53,701 nt of DNA from Eledone cirrhosa (taxonomy: Eukaryota). Location: NCBI GenBank assembly GCA_964016885.1, contig CAXHJY010001739.1, forward strand, positions 1-53,701, read 5' to 3'. A model generated the notes under the pieces. It was not told the DNA's origin. It searched no databases and saw only the letters and a program-made list of their open reading frames with translations. This document shows positions 1 to 19,389 of the stretch, piece after piece (position 1 is the stretch's first letter; each line of letters starts with the position of its first letter). The translations under genes were made by a program, and so were the position numbers.

Positions 1-4296
<4,296 letters not shown>

Positions 4297-4297
4297 G

Positions 4298-4725
4298 TTG
4301 TTATACTTTGGGAGGGTCATGTTGCCAATAAGAAACACACGCACCAGTTGCTTTCACTTCAATTTAATTTAATATATATTTACAAATTTATAAATTTCTG
4401 GTTGGTTGGTTGGTTCCACAACCAGATAGTTGTTTATATATATATAGTCATAGTTCTTTCGTCACACACTCTGTGACCTCTTCAGTGACTGGGGATTTCT
4501 TTCTTCGTTTCTGTGCCTTTCCTTTCTTCTATCCTACGCCATTTTGAAAAATGGTCACAGAGTGTGTGACGAAAGAACTATGACTATATATATATAAACA
4601 ACTATCTGGTTGTGGAACCAACCAACCAACCAGAAATTTATAAATATATATTAAATTAAATTGAAGTGAAAGCAACTGTTGCGTGTGTTTCTTATTGGCA
4701 ACATGACCCTCCCAAAGTATAACAA
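4298..4725. mobile_element. Fold-back element: ~175 bp inverted repeat (4298-4478 / 4553-4725, 74 nt spacer), probably Penelope-like pseudo-LTR derived
   Basis: TTGTTATACTTTGGGAGGGTCATGTTGCC... is the reverse complement of ...GGCAACATGACCCTCCCAAAGTATAACAA; a hammerhead motif lies at the inner end; flanked by (AT)n. Confidence 0.8.
4446..4490 (-). ncRNA. Minimal type I hammerhead ribozyme motif
   Basis: Minus strand reads AGUCA-CUGAAGA-G-GUCACA(GAGUG)UGUGAC-GAAA-GAAC-UA-UGACU: 5 bp stem I, intact core, 6 bp stem II, NUH = CUA. Confidence 0.75.
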
Positions 4726-4796
4726 TATCGGCTTCAACACACGATTTCAGATAAAGAATCTTGCTAAACAAATTCAGAAACGAAATATATATATAG

Positions 4797-4882
<86 letters not shown>

Positions 4883-4960
4883 TTATATATATATATATAT
4901 ATATATATAGTATTATATATATATATATATATATATATAGTATTATATATATATATATAG

Positions 4961-4984
<24 letters not shown>

Positions 4985-4997
<13 letters not shown>

Positions 4998-5937
4998 TGT
5001 GGTTGTCTGTCTGTCTAGCGATTTTTGGCACACATCTCCTCTTAGAATCTCTGACGGAATTGCACCGAAATTGCTGTACTTGTACATTGAGCCCTAGCGA
5101 AGACATCGGAAAAAAAATATTTCAAATTGACCCACCCTATGTGACGAAATCGAATATAATGTATCGATTTTTGAGCGTAAGTTATCAGTTATTTCCCTTT
5201 GTTCTGTTTACATTGAGCGTCTTACGTAAAAAATTACGCTGGCTTTCTCAGCGTTTAAAATGACATTAACACAATACACGAACAGTTGTCGAGCCAGCAA
5301 AATATTGACCTGCAAAATTCATCAGTTCGAACACTAAGCTTCCGTTTTGCTTCATTTCCATTTAAAAGCATTTTAAAACAATATTTTTACTTGAAAACAA
5401 GTCTATTTAAAGACTACGTAAAACAAGCAAATATTTCGTCGTTAGGCGTGCAGACAGTCGTGCAGACAGACAGTCGTGCAGACACAGTCGTGCAGAGAGG
5501 TGATATACGCGTGCAGACAGACAGTCGTGCAGAGAGGTGATATAGGCGTGCAGACACAGTCGTGCAGAGAGGTGATATAGGCGTGCAGACAGACAGTCGT
5601 GCAGAGAGGTGATATAGGCGTGCAGACAGACATAACTGATAATTTGGTTAGGCTAATGTTTTTCTCTGCGTTGCAGTGTTTACATTTTCGATCTTTGTTA
5701 ATAAATAACCAGTGCAGTTTCTATCCCCAGCATCCTCTTTTGTTATAACATTCGGGTTATCGTTATGTTTTCTTAACTTCATAAGGCATATTGTTGGTTG
5801 AGGGAATATTAATCAAAAACACCACATGCAAGTCTGCACAGTAGACACTACAGTTTTTAAGCCAAGAAAGAAACTTAACATTGTAACTTTAACACAGCTA
5901 CTGAGCGACCCCGAGCAACGCCGGGCTTTACTGCTAG
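4985..5937 (+). mobile_element. Non-autonomous Helitron-like element with internal minisatellite
   Basis: 3' hairpin CCCGAGCAACGCCGGG (5910-5925) then CTAG|T (5934-5937); 5' TATATATAAAACTGTGGTTGTCTGTCTGTC merges into (TA)n; same 3' end as the element at 23440. Confidence 0.75.
5445..5632 (+). repeat. Minisatellite, ~33-37 bp unit (AGGCGTGCAGACAGACAGTCGTGCAGAGAGGTGATAT), about 5 copies
   Basis: Tandem units seen directly. Confidence 0.92.
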
Positions 5938-9054
<3,117 letters not shown>

Positions 9055-10837
9055 TCATCATCAACGTTTAACGTCCGTGTTCCACGCTTGCATGGGTTTG
9101 GACGGGTGTAGTCCCACTTGAGGCAAGAGTGATTGTCTTGCTCGCATAGGACTGTCTGGCAGGTTTTCTACAGTTGGATGCCCTTCCTAACACCAACCAC
9201 ATTTACAGTGTGGGTCTGGGAGGTTTTTACCATGTTGCCTACACGGCCACATTACAGCGTGGACTGTGTGTTTTTTTGTCGTGACACCTACACGATCTCA
9301 TTTGTTTCGGCCTGGATGGCGCGGCACCAACATAACTTTACATAGAACTGGGTGGTGTGGATGGGGTGGTGGTGGTGGGACGGGGTGTATTTTGTTAGAG
9401 ATGCCTACTGGCTGGAGTAGGTTTTACTATATATTTAGGTAAGGCGGGTCTTCTCTGTTACTGAGTACCGCCAAAGGTCTCGGTGGTAAGGCGAGTCTTC
9501 TCTGTTACTGAGTACCGCCAAAGGTCTCGGTCCAGTGACATTGTCTTGGAGAGGTGTAAGTGTGTGAGGTCGGAGTTTATCAGCTCGTCCCAGGTTTTTC
9601 TAGGTCTGCCTATTCCGTGGCTACCGTCTATCTTTATTGCCCTGCACTTTGTTATACAGCTATCGACTTTCATGCGCATCACGTGTCCATACCAACGTAG
9701 CCTTCTCTCGAGTAAACAACATCTGATCCCTCTTATCTCTAATTTTTTCCTTAGTTCGTTTATGCTTTGCCGTTCACGTATATTACTGTTACAATCCAGC
9801 GGAGCATGCAAGCTTCGTTCCTCTCTCGTCTGCGAATATCCTCTGCACACAATGCCCAGGTCTCACTGCCATGCAACATTGCTGTTCGTATGCAGGCATC
9901 ATACAACCTGCCTTTCATTTTTAGGGAGAACCCTTTAGCAGCTAATAGTGGTATAAGCTTTCTGAACTTTTTCCATCCAGTTCTGACTCTAGCTACTAGC
10001 TCAGAGCACCCTCCCCCACTGCTGATTTTGTCACCCAGGTAACGGAAGCTGTCCACTATTTCTATAGAACCCTCTGCGCAATTGAAAGAGCTAGTATTTT
10101 GTGGGCACTTGCTGCTACTTATTGCACCAGAACACCGGCCACATGTAAAATCTATGTTCTTAGTTAGCTTACTTGTGATCCCACTACATCTTTTATGCAC
10201 CCATACTTTGCATTTAGGACATAAAATGGAGTTTCTACCTACGCCTTTCCTACACACCGAGCACGACCATTTCCCAGAAGGGACCGCCGCCTTGTTTTTT
10301 TTCCTACAAACTAGAACTTTGGTCTTAGCCAGGTTAATTTTAAGTCCTTTTGACTCTAGGCCGTGCTTCCATGTTTGGAATTTCTTCTCTAGCTCGGCCA
10401 TTGATTCCGCTATGAGTGTCAGGTCGTCTGTGTATAGGAGTTCCCATGGGCAGCCTGTCTTGAACTCCTCTGTTATAGCCTGAAGGGCAATAATAAATAG
10501 TAGGGGGCTGAGAACAGAGCCCTGATGGACGCCAACTTTTACGCTAAACTCTTCACTATATTCGTTGTTAATTCTAACCTTGCTGACTGTTTCTTTATAC
10601 ATGGCTTGTATAGCCCTCACAAGCCATTCGTCAACGCCTAGTTTTCTAAGAGCCCACCAGATAATGGAGCGGGGGACTCTGTCGAAGGCTTTCTCCAAGT
10701 CGACAAAAGCTAAGTAGAAGGGTTTACCTTTAGCTAGGTACTTCTCCTGTAGTTGTCGTACTATGAAAAGAGCGTCTGTGGTACTTTTGCCTGACACAAA
10801 CCCGAACTGCATTTCATCTAGGTCAATTCTCTCTCTG

Positions 10838-10838
<1 letters not shown>
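9055..10838 (-). mobile_element. 5'-truncated RTE-clade LINE, copy 1 (RT domain, Cys-rich insert, 3' UTR, (TGA)n tail)
   Basis: ORF 9760-10812: QFGF, FVDLEKAFDRV, GVHQGSVLSP, LLYTDD (YADD altered), FRYLG; frameshifted C-terminus RRLRWYGHVMRM...GRPRKTW; embedded in (TA)n on both sides. Confidence 0.93.
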
Positions 10839-10904
<66 letters not shown>

Positions 10905-10924
10905 TTATATATATATATATATAA

Positions 10925-11102
10925 GGGCGTGGATTGGCAGTATCAGTAGAGGGTCAGACGCCATGCTTTCCAGCATAGTTAGGACCCCTTACGATCTGAG
11001 TTCAAATCCTGCCGAGGTTGACTTTGCCTTACGGGGTCGATAAAACAAAGTACCAGTAATGCACTGGGTAATTGCTGGCCTTGTGCCTAAAGTAGAAACA
11101 AT
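10925..11102 (+). mobile_element. tRNA-type SINE (young subfamily)
   Basis: GGATTGGCAGTATC head, B-box-like GAGTTCAAATCC, conserved GGGGTCGATAAAA..AGTACCAG core shared with many copies. Confidence 0.88.
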
Positions 11103-11159
11103 ATAATATATATAATATAATATATATATATATAATATAATATATATATATGTTCCCGT

Positions 11160-11700
11160 CTAAGTTTTAACTATATATAATATGTATATATATATAACCT
11201 GGGTCTGTTACTAGCTTTGCATGGACATTTGTGTATGTGGGAAAGGGAGGTAGTTAAATGTATGGGTGTGTGTGGGTGTATTTAGATATTTGGGTGTGAG
11301 TAGGTTAGATATTAGGAAGTTGGGGGGGTAGGAAGGTAACTAGATGTATGGAATATGTACATGTCAGCTGTTACTTGGTGAAGTGACTAGGTAACAGCTG
11401 ATACAAACTTTTATTTTAATCTAGGATTAAAACAATGAGAAAAGTAAAATAAAATATACATTGATGACGAACTTCTTCTAGTGAAGAAATCAATACGAGA
11501 TCTAGATAACCGAATCTATCATCAGTCACCAACAATGCTAAATTAGCAGGAGCACTAACATAGTGATTCAAAATAGAGAACATTTTTCTTCTCGCAACTC
11601 CTGAAAGACATACAACATTTCTTGGCCATATTTATACCTGGCTGAGCCCATAACTCTCCAGGTCTGAATACAGCAGATTTCTTCCAGAGAATGATAGTGA
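11160..11700 (-). mobile_element. Highly decayed Penelope-like element 3' fragment
   Basis: Minus-strand remnants WRVMGSARYKYG..LREEK..RHQ resemble the PLE GIY-YIG C-terminus (W.I...A..Y...C.LC..EK...CRH). Confidence 0.4.
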
Positions 11701-11724
11701 GAAATAGATATAGAGGAAGAATTG

Positions 11725-11828
11725 ACCACAGTACTTTTTTTATCGACCTCGGCAGAATTTGAACTCAGGGAGCAGAGCGCCATTACGAATACCGCAAAGC
11801 ATTCTAACGACTCTGCCAATTCACCGCC
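11725..11828 (-). mobile_element. SINE, partial
   Basis: Reverse complement of GGCGGTGAATTGGCAGAGTCGTTAGAATG...GAGTTCAAATTCTGCCGAGGTCG. Confidence 0.75.
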
Positions 11829-12079
11829 ATCAGAAAGCATATACAATATGTTAATGTCTTGCTGTTGGTATCAAAAGCTATGATCATTTCACAGCTACCT
11901 CTGTGACTGTATGCAAGCGCAAAATACTAGTATTTCAGGATTTTTATTCATCTTATTCAGTGATGTTTACTCACTCGGCACTGAGGCAAAACAGCTTATA
12001 AAAAGATTTTTGCAAATAATCCATTTATGGGAATGTCCATTTGCATAGTGTGCTGGCTTGGCTGGCTGGCTGGTTGGCT

Positions 12080-12224
12080 GGTTGGACACCATGCTTTCTA
12101 GCATAGTTACGTCCCTTTACAGTCTGAGGTTGACTTTGCCTTTCATCCTTACGGGGGGTCGATAAAATAAAGTACCAGTGATGTACTGGGTAATTGCTGG
12201 CCTTCAGCCTAAAGTAGAAACAAT
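12080..12224 (+). mobile_element. SINE, 5'-truncated
   Basis: GCCTTTCATCCTTACGGGGGGTCGATAAAATAAAGTACCAG core and AAAGTAGAAACAATT tail. Confidence 0.8.
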
Positions 12225-12469
12225 TAATTAGCAGTAGCTGTAACACATACTTTATTATACATAAACATACAATATGTTTGTATAATAAACATATAGGTAT
12301 CATTAATTATGTAAGAACGCTGACGATTGGTCTCTCTGAAAGACCCAGAAAAGTATAGATTAAAACTAGCTTTACTTATTGTATAACTAACAGCTATAAA
12401 TATCACCTGGGGTGTATAGCAATGAGACAGGTGACATTTGACCATAAAGTATATCTGGCAACAAGGCCT

Positions 12470-14280
12470 CTGATCGGGAGGTTGGAGGTTTTGAGGCGCA
12501 TGGTACCACTTCTTAATTGCTGATGTCCCCGGGGTAGTAGCACGTGTTAAGGTCCCAGCTATGGGTAAATAGTGAACTCGGCGGATGAAGGTCACTCATC
12601 GACATCCCAACGCCACTAATACGTTCCATGTACCTACCTCACCAGTGTTACCACACACCTTACCTGTTGGAGGGAAACGTGGAGCTACCATAGCACCTTC
12701 GGCGGAATAGTCTTGCTTGCTGTATGAAAAGGCTAATGGGGTGCTATGAAATTGTGTTGGGCATAGAGCGGAAGAGCGCTTGGAAAAGATGCCCCAACAA
12801 CCAGTGTACCTAAGTCAATCCCAGCTTGGGTCAGCTCACTGACTTTATCACTGTCAACCTCATGTGTCCATACCAGGAAGGTTACAAGTACGGAAGAGTG
12901 TAACCTACTTCCTTGCAGTTCTGAGACCAGTACCCTCATACTGTGAAATTCATAACCTGCTACTTACTCTCGTGGAACAACTACTATTACTCGTCAGCGA
13001 GCCATGTCTGTGCAGCATCACCGCAAGTATAACTAACCGCGCGTAATGACGAAAGGACCTCATGGTTCTGATTTGCACAGAGAAGTCCACAAGATCGCAA
13101 GTAACGATTGCTTCTTGGAACGTGAGAACGAAGTCCGACACTGGCATCCAAGCGTTATGCTCCGGAACGATGGTCTGCACTAATAGCCGCAGAACTGAAG
13201 TGTTTCAACATTGACTTGCTTGCTTAAGTGAATGCCGTATCTCCGAATTGGGTGAGTTTGTAGATGGGGATTACACTTTTCTTCTCCTCAGGAAAACCAA
13301 ACGACCAACTTGGAGGTGTAGCTATTACACTCAAGAATCATGTTTTTGCACTTAAAGCCCTGCAATGCCTGTCACGCCTCAGTGATCAGTGTATATGCGC
13401 CAACCTTCAAAAGACTAGCGGAGGAAAAGACTCTATTCTATGATCAACTCTCTGACGTACTATCAATGGTTCCTATGGGTAGCCGGTTATTTCTGCTTGG
13501 GGACCTCAATACCAGAGTTGGTACCAACAACATAACCTAGCCTGATGTTGTTGGTCCGCATGGCCTATGACATATTAATGAGTAAGATTACTACTGTTTG
13601 AACTCTGTACCCGCTTTGGTCTTGCCATCTCTAATACGAACTCCTGCCATCCTAACATCCATAAGGTCACATGGAAGCACTCCAGATCACAAAGGTGGCA
13701 AGGTGGCACTAGATAGACTTCATTATTGTGTGGAAGCTCTACAAATCTGACCTGCTGTCCAAAAGAGACGCAACACTAGTCCCAAACGACTTAACGCCAA
13801 TCGTCTGAAAGTTCCAGAAATAAGGGAGCAACCCAGCCAGAACATTTCTACCAATCTAAACCAAGTCAAAACCACCTCCTTAGACCAGTATTGGCAGTCT
13901 TTAAGAGATGTTCTGTATAAAGTCACTAAGGAGACTGTTGGTTTGCAAAAAAAGATGTCATAAACACTGGTTTGGTGAGAACAGTCTCATTACAGACCTG
14001 TTAACATAGAAACGTGACAGATTCCAGGCAGTTTTTGGAGATGATTCTTTGCAAATCCGGCAATGATACAGAACCACTAGAAACAGTGGTGGCTTGTTCG
14101 TGCACATGAAATTGAACGACATCCAAAGAGTTTCTTCAAAGCTGTAAAATTTGTCACGCAGCGTCGGTCATCGGGGCTGATACTCATCAATGATTCAGCT
14201 GGCAACAGGCTCACAGCGGACGACGTTCTCAAGTGTTGGAAGGATCATTTAAGCATGCTGCTTAACCAACCAAATGGGGT
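12470..14280 (+). mobile_element. Decayed RTE/BovB-like LINE, 5' part (AP endonuclease remnant)
   Basis: Broken motifs VTIASWNVRT, SVISVYAPT, FLLGDLNTRVG, TWKHSRS; many stops and frameshifts. Confidence 0.8.
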
Positions 14281-14425
14281 TTATCCGCGGGGAGGTTCTA
14301 ACAGAATTGAAAGATCTACAAAGCTCTCAAAGGCTTTTAAACAGCCCTCATGCAACATGTATATATATATATATATGTATATATATATGTATGTATATAT
14401 ATATATGTATGTATGTGTATGTATA

Positions 14426-15466
14426 TTTTTTTTGACCGGCCACCTTCCTGGTGTCAAGGTTGTAAAAGAAAAGAAATTGTCATCCCTTGAATCGCAAGAA
14501 TGTTTTGCAAATTTTGAAGGTGCCAGCTATCACAACCATTTGCAGACTATGAATTAGGGAGCTGCGCTCTTTGTCCGCAAATCCAAGTTCAATCATACTT
14601 TGGTCCAAGCGGGTTGGTATATAACCCGTAGCTCCAATAATGATGGGTATGAAGCTAAAGGTGTATCTTGGATACTGGATTTGTAAACTCCTCATCAATG
14701 GTCCGTAGATGTCCTCCTTCTCCTGTATTTTTCTGACAACGTTTACATCAAGTGGGCAGCTGATCTCCACAACAGAGCACGTTTTCAATGCGTGGTCCCA
14801 AACAATAATATCAGGCCGGTTGTGCTTTAATTTGGTGGCAGTTTTTATTTTCAGGTTCCACCAGTATTCCTTGGTGCCATCTGTCTCAATATATTCTTCC
14901 ACGTTTGTTGTTAATTTTGTTTTCCGAAGTGCGTTCCAGATGGTTCTAGCTATCCCATCGTGTCTCATGGGAAGGTAGTAGCGAGATGACATTCTTTCGC
15001 AGCTAGCAACAATGTGGCTTACATCCTCGATCTTTGTTTTACATAGCCTACATTTATTGTCAGCTGATGGCCCTCTCCTTTTGTGCAGCAAATATTTGGT
15101 AGGGAGTTCTTGTTCCTATATTGCATAGAGATATCCCTCATGGTGTGATGTCATAAACTTGTCGGAACTCCATGCCAGGTTTTTTAAGTGGTTTATCCCC
15201 TCTATGGTCTGTGTTTTACGTCTCAAGTATCCATGCACAACTTTTTCTGTAAATTGGTCAACTTTTTCATCTTGTTTGAACATTGAATAGGATCTTCCGA
15301 TTTTTCTGGGTGAGAGATTTATATCAGGCTTTATTCCATATCTCTCCTCCAGATCAGTGGCTATTCTAATGATATTTTTTTTTTCATGCTCATAAACCTG
15401 GGCAAGATGGTTGCCAACCTTTTTCGTCTGCTGAAGATGTTGCTTCAGTGTTACTATCCGGGTTTC
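14426..15466 (-). mobile_element. 3' fragment of a restriction-like endonuclease (RLE) non-LTR retrotransposon, R4/Dong-like
   Basis: ORF 14480-15091: CRLC..EDVSHIVASC (CCHC knuckle), RHD, RPDII..D..VVEISCP, K..Y; short A tail at ~14426; flanked by (ATGT)n. Confidence 0.85.
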
Positions 15467-15496
15467 ATGTATGTATGTATGTATGTATGTATGTAT

Positions 15497-16300
15497 ATCG
15501 ACATCAGTGATGTCGAGATTTTGGAAAGCTCTGTGTGACAGTATAGAAGCTCTTGTGCTTAAGCAACGACTCCGTTGGAGTGGTCACCTTGCCAGGATGA
15601 AGGATTCTAGAATACCAAAACAACTCTTTTATGGAGAGTTGGTTAAAGGAAAACGACCGCCACATAAACCAAAATAGAGGTATAAGGATTCCTTGAAAGC
15701 CTCTTTGAAAGACGCTAACATCTCTGCTGATACATGGGAAAATATTGCTGCTGATCGTAATAAATGGAGAAAGACTGTATATGAGGGAAAAGTTGCCTTT
15801 GAGGCATCTCGAATCGCATACGAGAAAGCAAAGCGGGATGTGAGGAAGGGCATTGTTGTTGCACTTCCAGACGGCGAGGGTCCTCCTATAGTGCTGACAT
15901 GCAGCGTCTGTGCGAGACTCTGCCTAAGCAAAGCTGGACTCGAAAGTCATCTTCGCAGTCATAAAGTAGGACCAGTGGTTGACTACCAGGCTGCTGTTGG
16001 AGATGCTACTCATCATGCTTGCCAAACATGTGGTAGAGAATGTAAATTAGCAGGAGGGCTCAAGCGACATGCAAAAGTACATGAACTCCAACCACAGCCA
16101 ACTATTCCCAGTGAATGTTTTGGTTGCCGACTCCGTGCAAAACATTTTAGATCATTGGCTGGGCTAAAAAAACCACATTCGATCGCAGCGCTGTTAGTTG
16201 CTATCGTGTGTGTGTGTGTGTATTTCTTTGTTTTTTTCTTTTTTTAATTTTTTTTCTCCTCGTGCAATGGTCATACTCGATAACGAGGGGGCAGCCATCA
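15497..16300 (+). mobile_element. 3' fragment of an RTE-clade LINE with C-terminal C2H2 fingers and (ATGT)n tail
   Basis: RLRWSGHLARMKDSRIPKQLFYGEL..GKR..KPK*RYKDSLK; CSVC..SKAGLESHLRSH; CQTC..GLKRHAKVH. Confidence 0.85.
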
Positions 16301-16319
16301 TGTATGTATGTATGGTACC

Positions 16320-16506
16320 ATGGGCCCAGCACTGTGTGTCAATCATTGTCGCAAGTGTAGTGTTTGTACCAGAGTTTTCAAGTCGCTGGCTGGACTAAAA
16401 AGTCACACTCATTCAGCGCATCGGTAGGGGTTCTCCTACATGGATATAAAGTAGTGGCCGTACTCGAAAAAGAGTTGGCAGCCACCATGTATGTATGTAT
16501 GTATGT
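16320..16506 (+). mobile_element. Short 3' fragment of a related RTE with (ATGT)n tail
   Basis: Encodes RKCSVCTRVFKSLAGLKSH; 3' end TGGCCGTACTCGA..GGCAGCCACC(ATGT)n parallels 16268-16315. Confidence 0.7.
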
Positions 16507-16801
16507 CAGAATTAAACCAGTGTTAAACTAGTTAGATCATTAAACAGGACTCGATACTTGGGATAGTAGAGTGCGACTATATTAGAAAGAGCCGGGCCTC
16601 GACGGCCGAGCTCACACACACACACTGTGTATCCTAGTAGGAGAGATAGAACAAATTATCTTTATGAAAAAAACTAAATTTCTTTAACATCCTGTACTGG
16701 TTTAGCAGCACATATCTACAAACGGGTTTAATTCAAATTAAAACTAACCTGGAGGTTAAATATATAGTAAAGACAGGTTTGTATTATTACATAGTATACT
16801 A

Positions 16802-17023
16802 GAGCGGTGGAACGGCAATATCGCTAGCGCGTCAGACACCATGCTTTGCAGCATATAGTTACGGCCCTTTACGTTCTGAGTTCAAATCTCGCCGAGGTTA
16901 GCTTTGCCTTTCATCCTAACGGAGTCGAGTCGATAAAATAAAGCACCAGTAATGCACTGGGTCGATTTAATCGACTCCCACCCCCACCAAATTGCTGGCC
17001 TTGTGCCTATAGTAGAAACCATT
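16802..17023 (+). mobile_element. tRNA-type SINE, full length
   Basis: Head, B-box-like motif, core and tail as in the other copies. Confidence 0.88.
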
Positions 17024-17631
17024 ATTACATAGTTTATTCCGTTATGCTCATTTCTGCAATGCCAGCGCATTATGTAATCGTAACTTAAGTTGGCATGTCT
17101 TCATCAGACAGTATTTTGCATTTAAGTAGAGGTTACACAAAAAATATTATAAAGTTGTTAAAAATTGTTCAACAAGAGAGACACGTCCATTGTGGAGCGC
17201 GTTCGCTTAGCGTATTCTTGTAATAATTCTCTTTGATTTAGCTTTCTTGTGGGCGCGGTCTCTATATGTTAATTGGTTAAAGCTACTATTCAATATGTAT
17301 GAATCTGGGGTCGTTCTTGTTCATGCTAGACTTAAGATGATTAATGAGTTTGCCGACAGATACCTTCCACATTTCCCTGTGGTTGCAATAAACTTTTACT
17401 ACGGCTTAATGAGTTCATTCATAACAATAAGCTGTTCTTTTCAACCTATAATCTAATAGATTTTTTTCATTTCTTTTTCAAACGCACTTACGCGCGCGCG
17501 CACACGCGCGCACACGCGCACGCACGCACACACACACAGGAAGACAGACCCGAGGGTGTAAATTTCTTGGAAACATTTTTTTCCAAGCTCCGTTGTTCCA
17601 ACCCTTTCTCCCTCCCTCTCTCTCTCTCCAT

Positions 17632-17665
17632 TTCCTGAAGAAGGACTTACGTCTGACACGTCGAA
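17632..17665 (+). ncRNA. Degenerate minimal hammerhead motif in a Penelope-type tail
   Basis: UUC-CUGAAGA-A-GGAC(UUAC)GUCU-GACA-CG-UC-GAA; GAAA is mutated to GACA; downstream AGCGTGAAACTAATAAA resembles the 43369 copy. Confidence 0.55.
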
Positions 17666-17746
17666 CCCTCATTTACTTCTTTCTCAGCGTGAAACTAATA
17701 AGACTGTGTTTTTGTATCTCTGTGTTTGTCTTCTCTGTTCTTGGGT

Positions 17747-17791
<45 letters not shown>

Positions 17792-17869
17792 CTACAGTGG
17801 ATTTGGCGCATGTCTCTCTGACATGACACCCTTAATTTAATTTGATATATATATATATAATTGAGAAAT

Positions 17870-19319
17870 GTTTATAGTTTACCGGGTTGCCTATATGGGA
17901 TTTTCCATAATGAATGTCAATAGTTAGACTAATTGTGATAGCTGGGGATATATACCAGTTGTCTATTGAGGTAGGTTACTCCAAGTAACATGTGTGTACT
18001 TTATCTGTGGGGTAGTTGTAGGTGGATCTGATACATCTGCATTTGGTAATATCAAGGTTGTATCGATGTCCTCAGCAAGTAGGGTATCCAGATCAACAAT
18101 TATTCAATAGTCGACACTGTGGCGAGGTCTACTTTATATGAGTGGGTGTAGAATGTATTTCTGTTTGGTATGAGTTGATCTATTGAGGTTACCCATATGT
18201 GGTATTATGCATTGCATTTAACTATATCTGCGCCGTAATTTCCGTTTAAACCATTATTCACTTTTAATGTTTTAATATACTATGCCTGTGGTCTTGCTTG
18301 GTATTTAGGAACTATGGCTTGGAGGTATTCGTTTGACTACTATCTATAGGACTTTAAGGTTTTAACTAGTCTGTGGGAGCATGTACTAAAAAACTGTTCT
18401 ACACTGGTTCCACTTCTAAGTATTTCTATAGCTTGTTACGCATAAATTGCAAATATTTGCGTCACATTTGTATGACTGTGCAGATTTAATCTTCGACCAC
18501 GACAAGGAGTATTCTATGTATATTACCTAGTTTTAGTTCCCATATTAATTCCGATATGGCTGTACTTTTCTTTTATCTAACCTTTTAAACGTGTGGCAAT
18601 TACTATATCACTTGTCCTTGAACCTTGTCGTGATCGCTCCTATACAGCTTGTTGGTACTAACTCTACATTCAAATTCTTTTGTAGGCATTCTTTTCCCGG
18701 GGAGGATTCCTGGGATGCAATATCATTTGAGATCACTTTAACGGGGTTATCAGGCTGTTCAATATATTAAGGTTATTTTTCTATTGTCCATTTCGTTATG
18801 TAGTTTCCCTAATTTACTGATTAATACTAGCAATACTAGTTATGTTCTGGACTAAGTTTCACGTCATAGTGTACGATAGCTTAACCCTATATCTATTAAA
18901 TATGTTCTAACATTTGTGATTTCTGGAAGCATTTGAATAGTGTCCTAAAGAATAGCTTAATTATTTATGTTCGTTTGTAATTCGATAGATTATACCACAG
19001 AATATTGCGTGTTTTATTTAATCAGTTTTTCTCGTAGCATGAATAATTCTTATTTCTTCCTTGGTTAGGTTGGTACGTCTTAGTGTGAATATTAGTGCCA
19101 TATTAATGAGGAAATTGATGTCGGTAGTGCCACAGACATCATCGAGTGATTAAAGGCACTAAAGTTCGCACTAAGGCATACCAACCTAACCCGGAATGAA
19201 ATAAACATTAACCCACTTAAAGAAAAACTGATCGAAATTAAGAAGGGTCTATGAACAGACAGGCCAAGCAATGTTGACATAACAATGAACTCAAGCGACT
19301 CAGCCCAGGTAACTGATCT

Positions 19320-19320
<1 letters not shown>
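17870..19320 (-). mobile_element. Decayed Penelope-like element (post-RT/GIY-YIG region)
   Basis: Minus-strand remnants VKLSY and ICNLC, typical of PLE ORFs; heavily interrupted. Confidence 0.55.
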
Positions 19321-19372
<52 letters not shown>

Positions 19373-19389
19373 AATTTACACCTAATTGT

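Noticed and set aside
5445-5632. CRISPR-like regular repeats (also 23724-24060)
   Set aside because: No unique spacers, no cas genes and a eukaryotic context; these are minisatellites
11495-11530. Minus-strand CUGAUGA plus UAGAU/AUCUA stem as a hammerhead
   Set aside because: GAUC replaces GAAA, stem I does not pair, and it lies in decayed coding sequence
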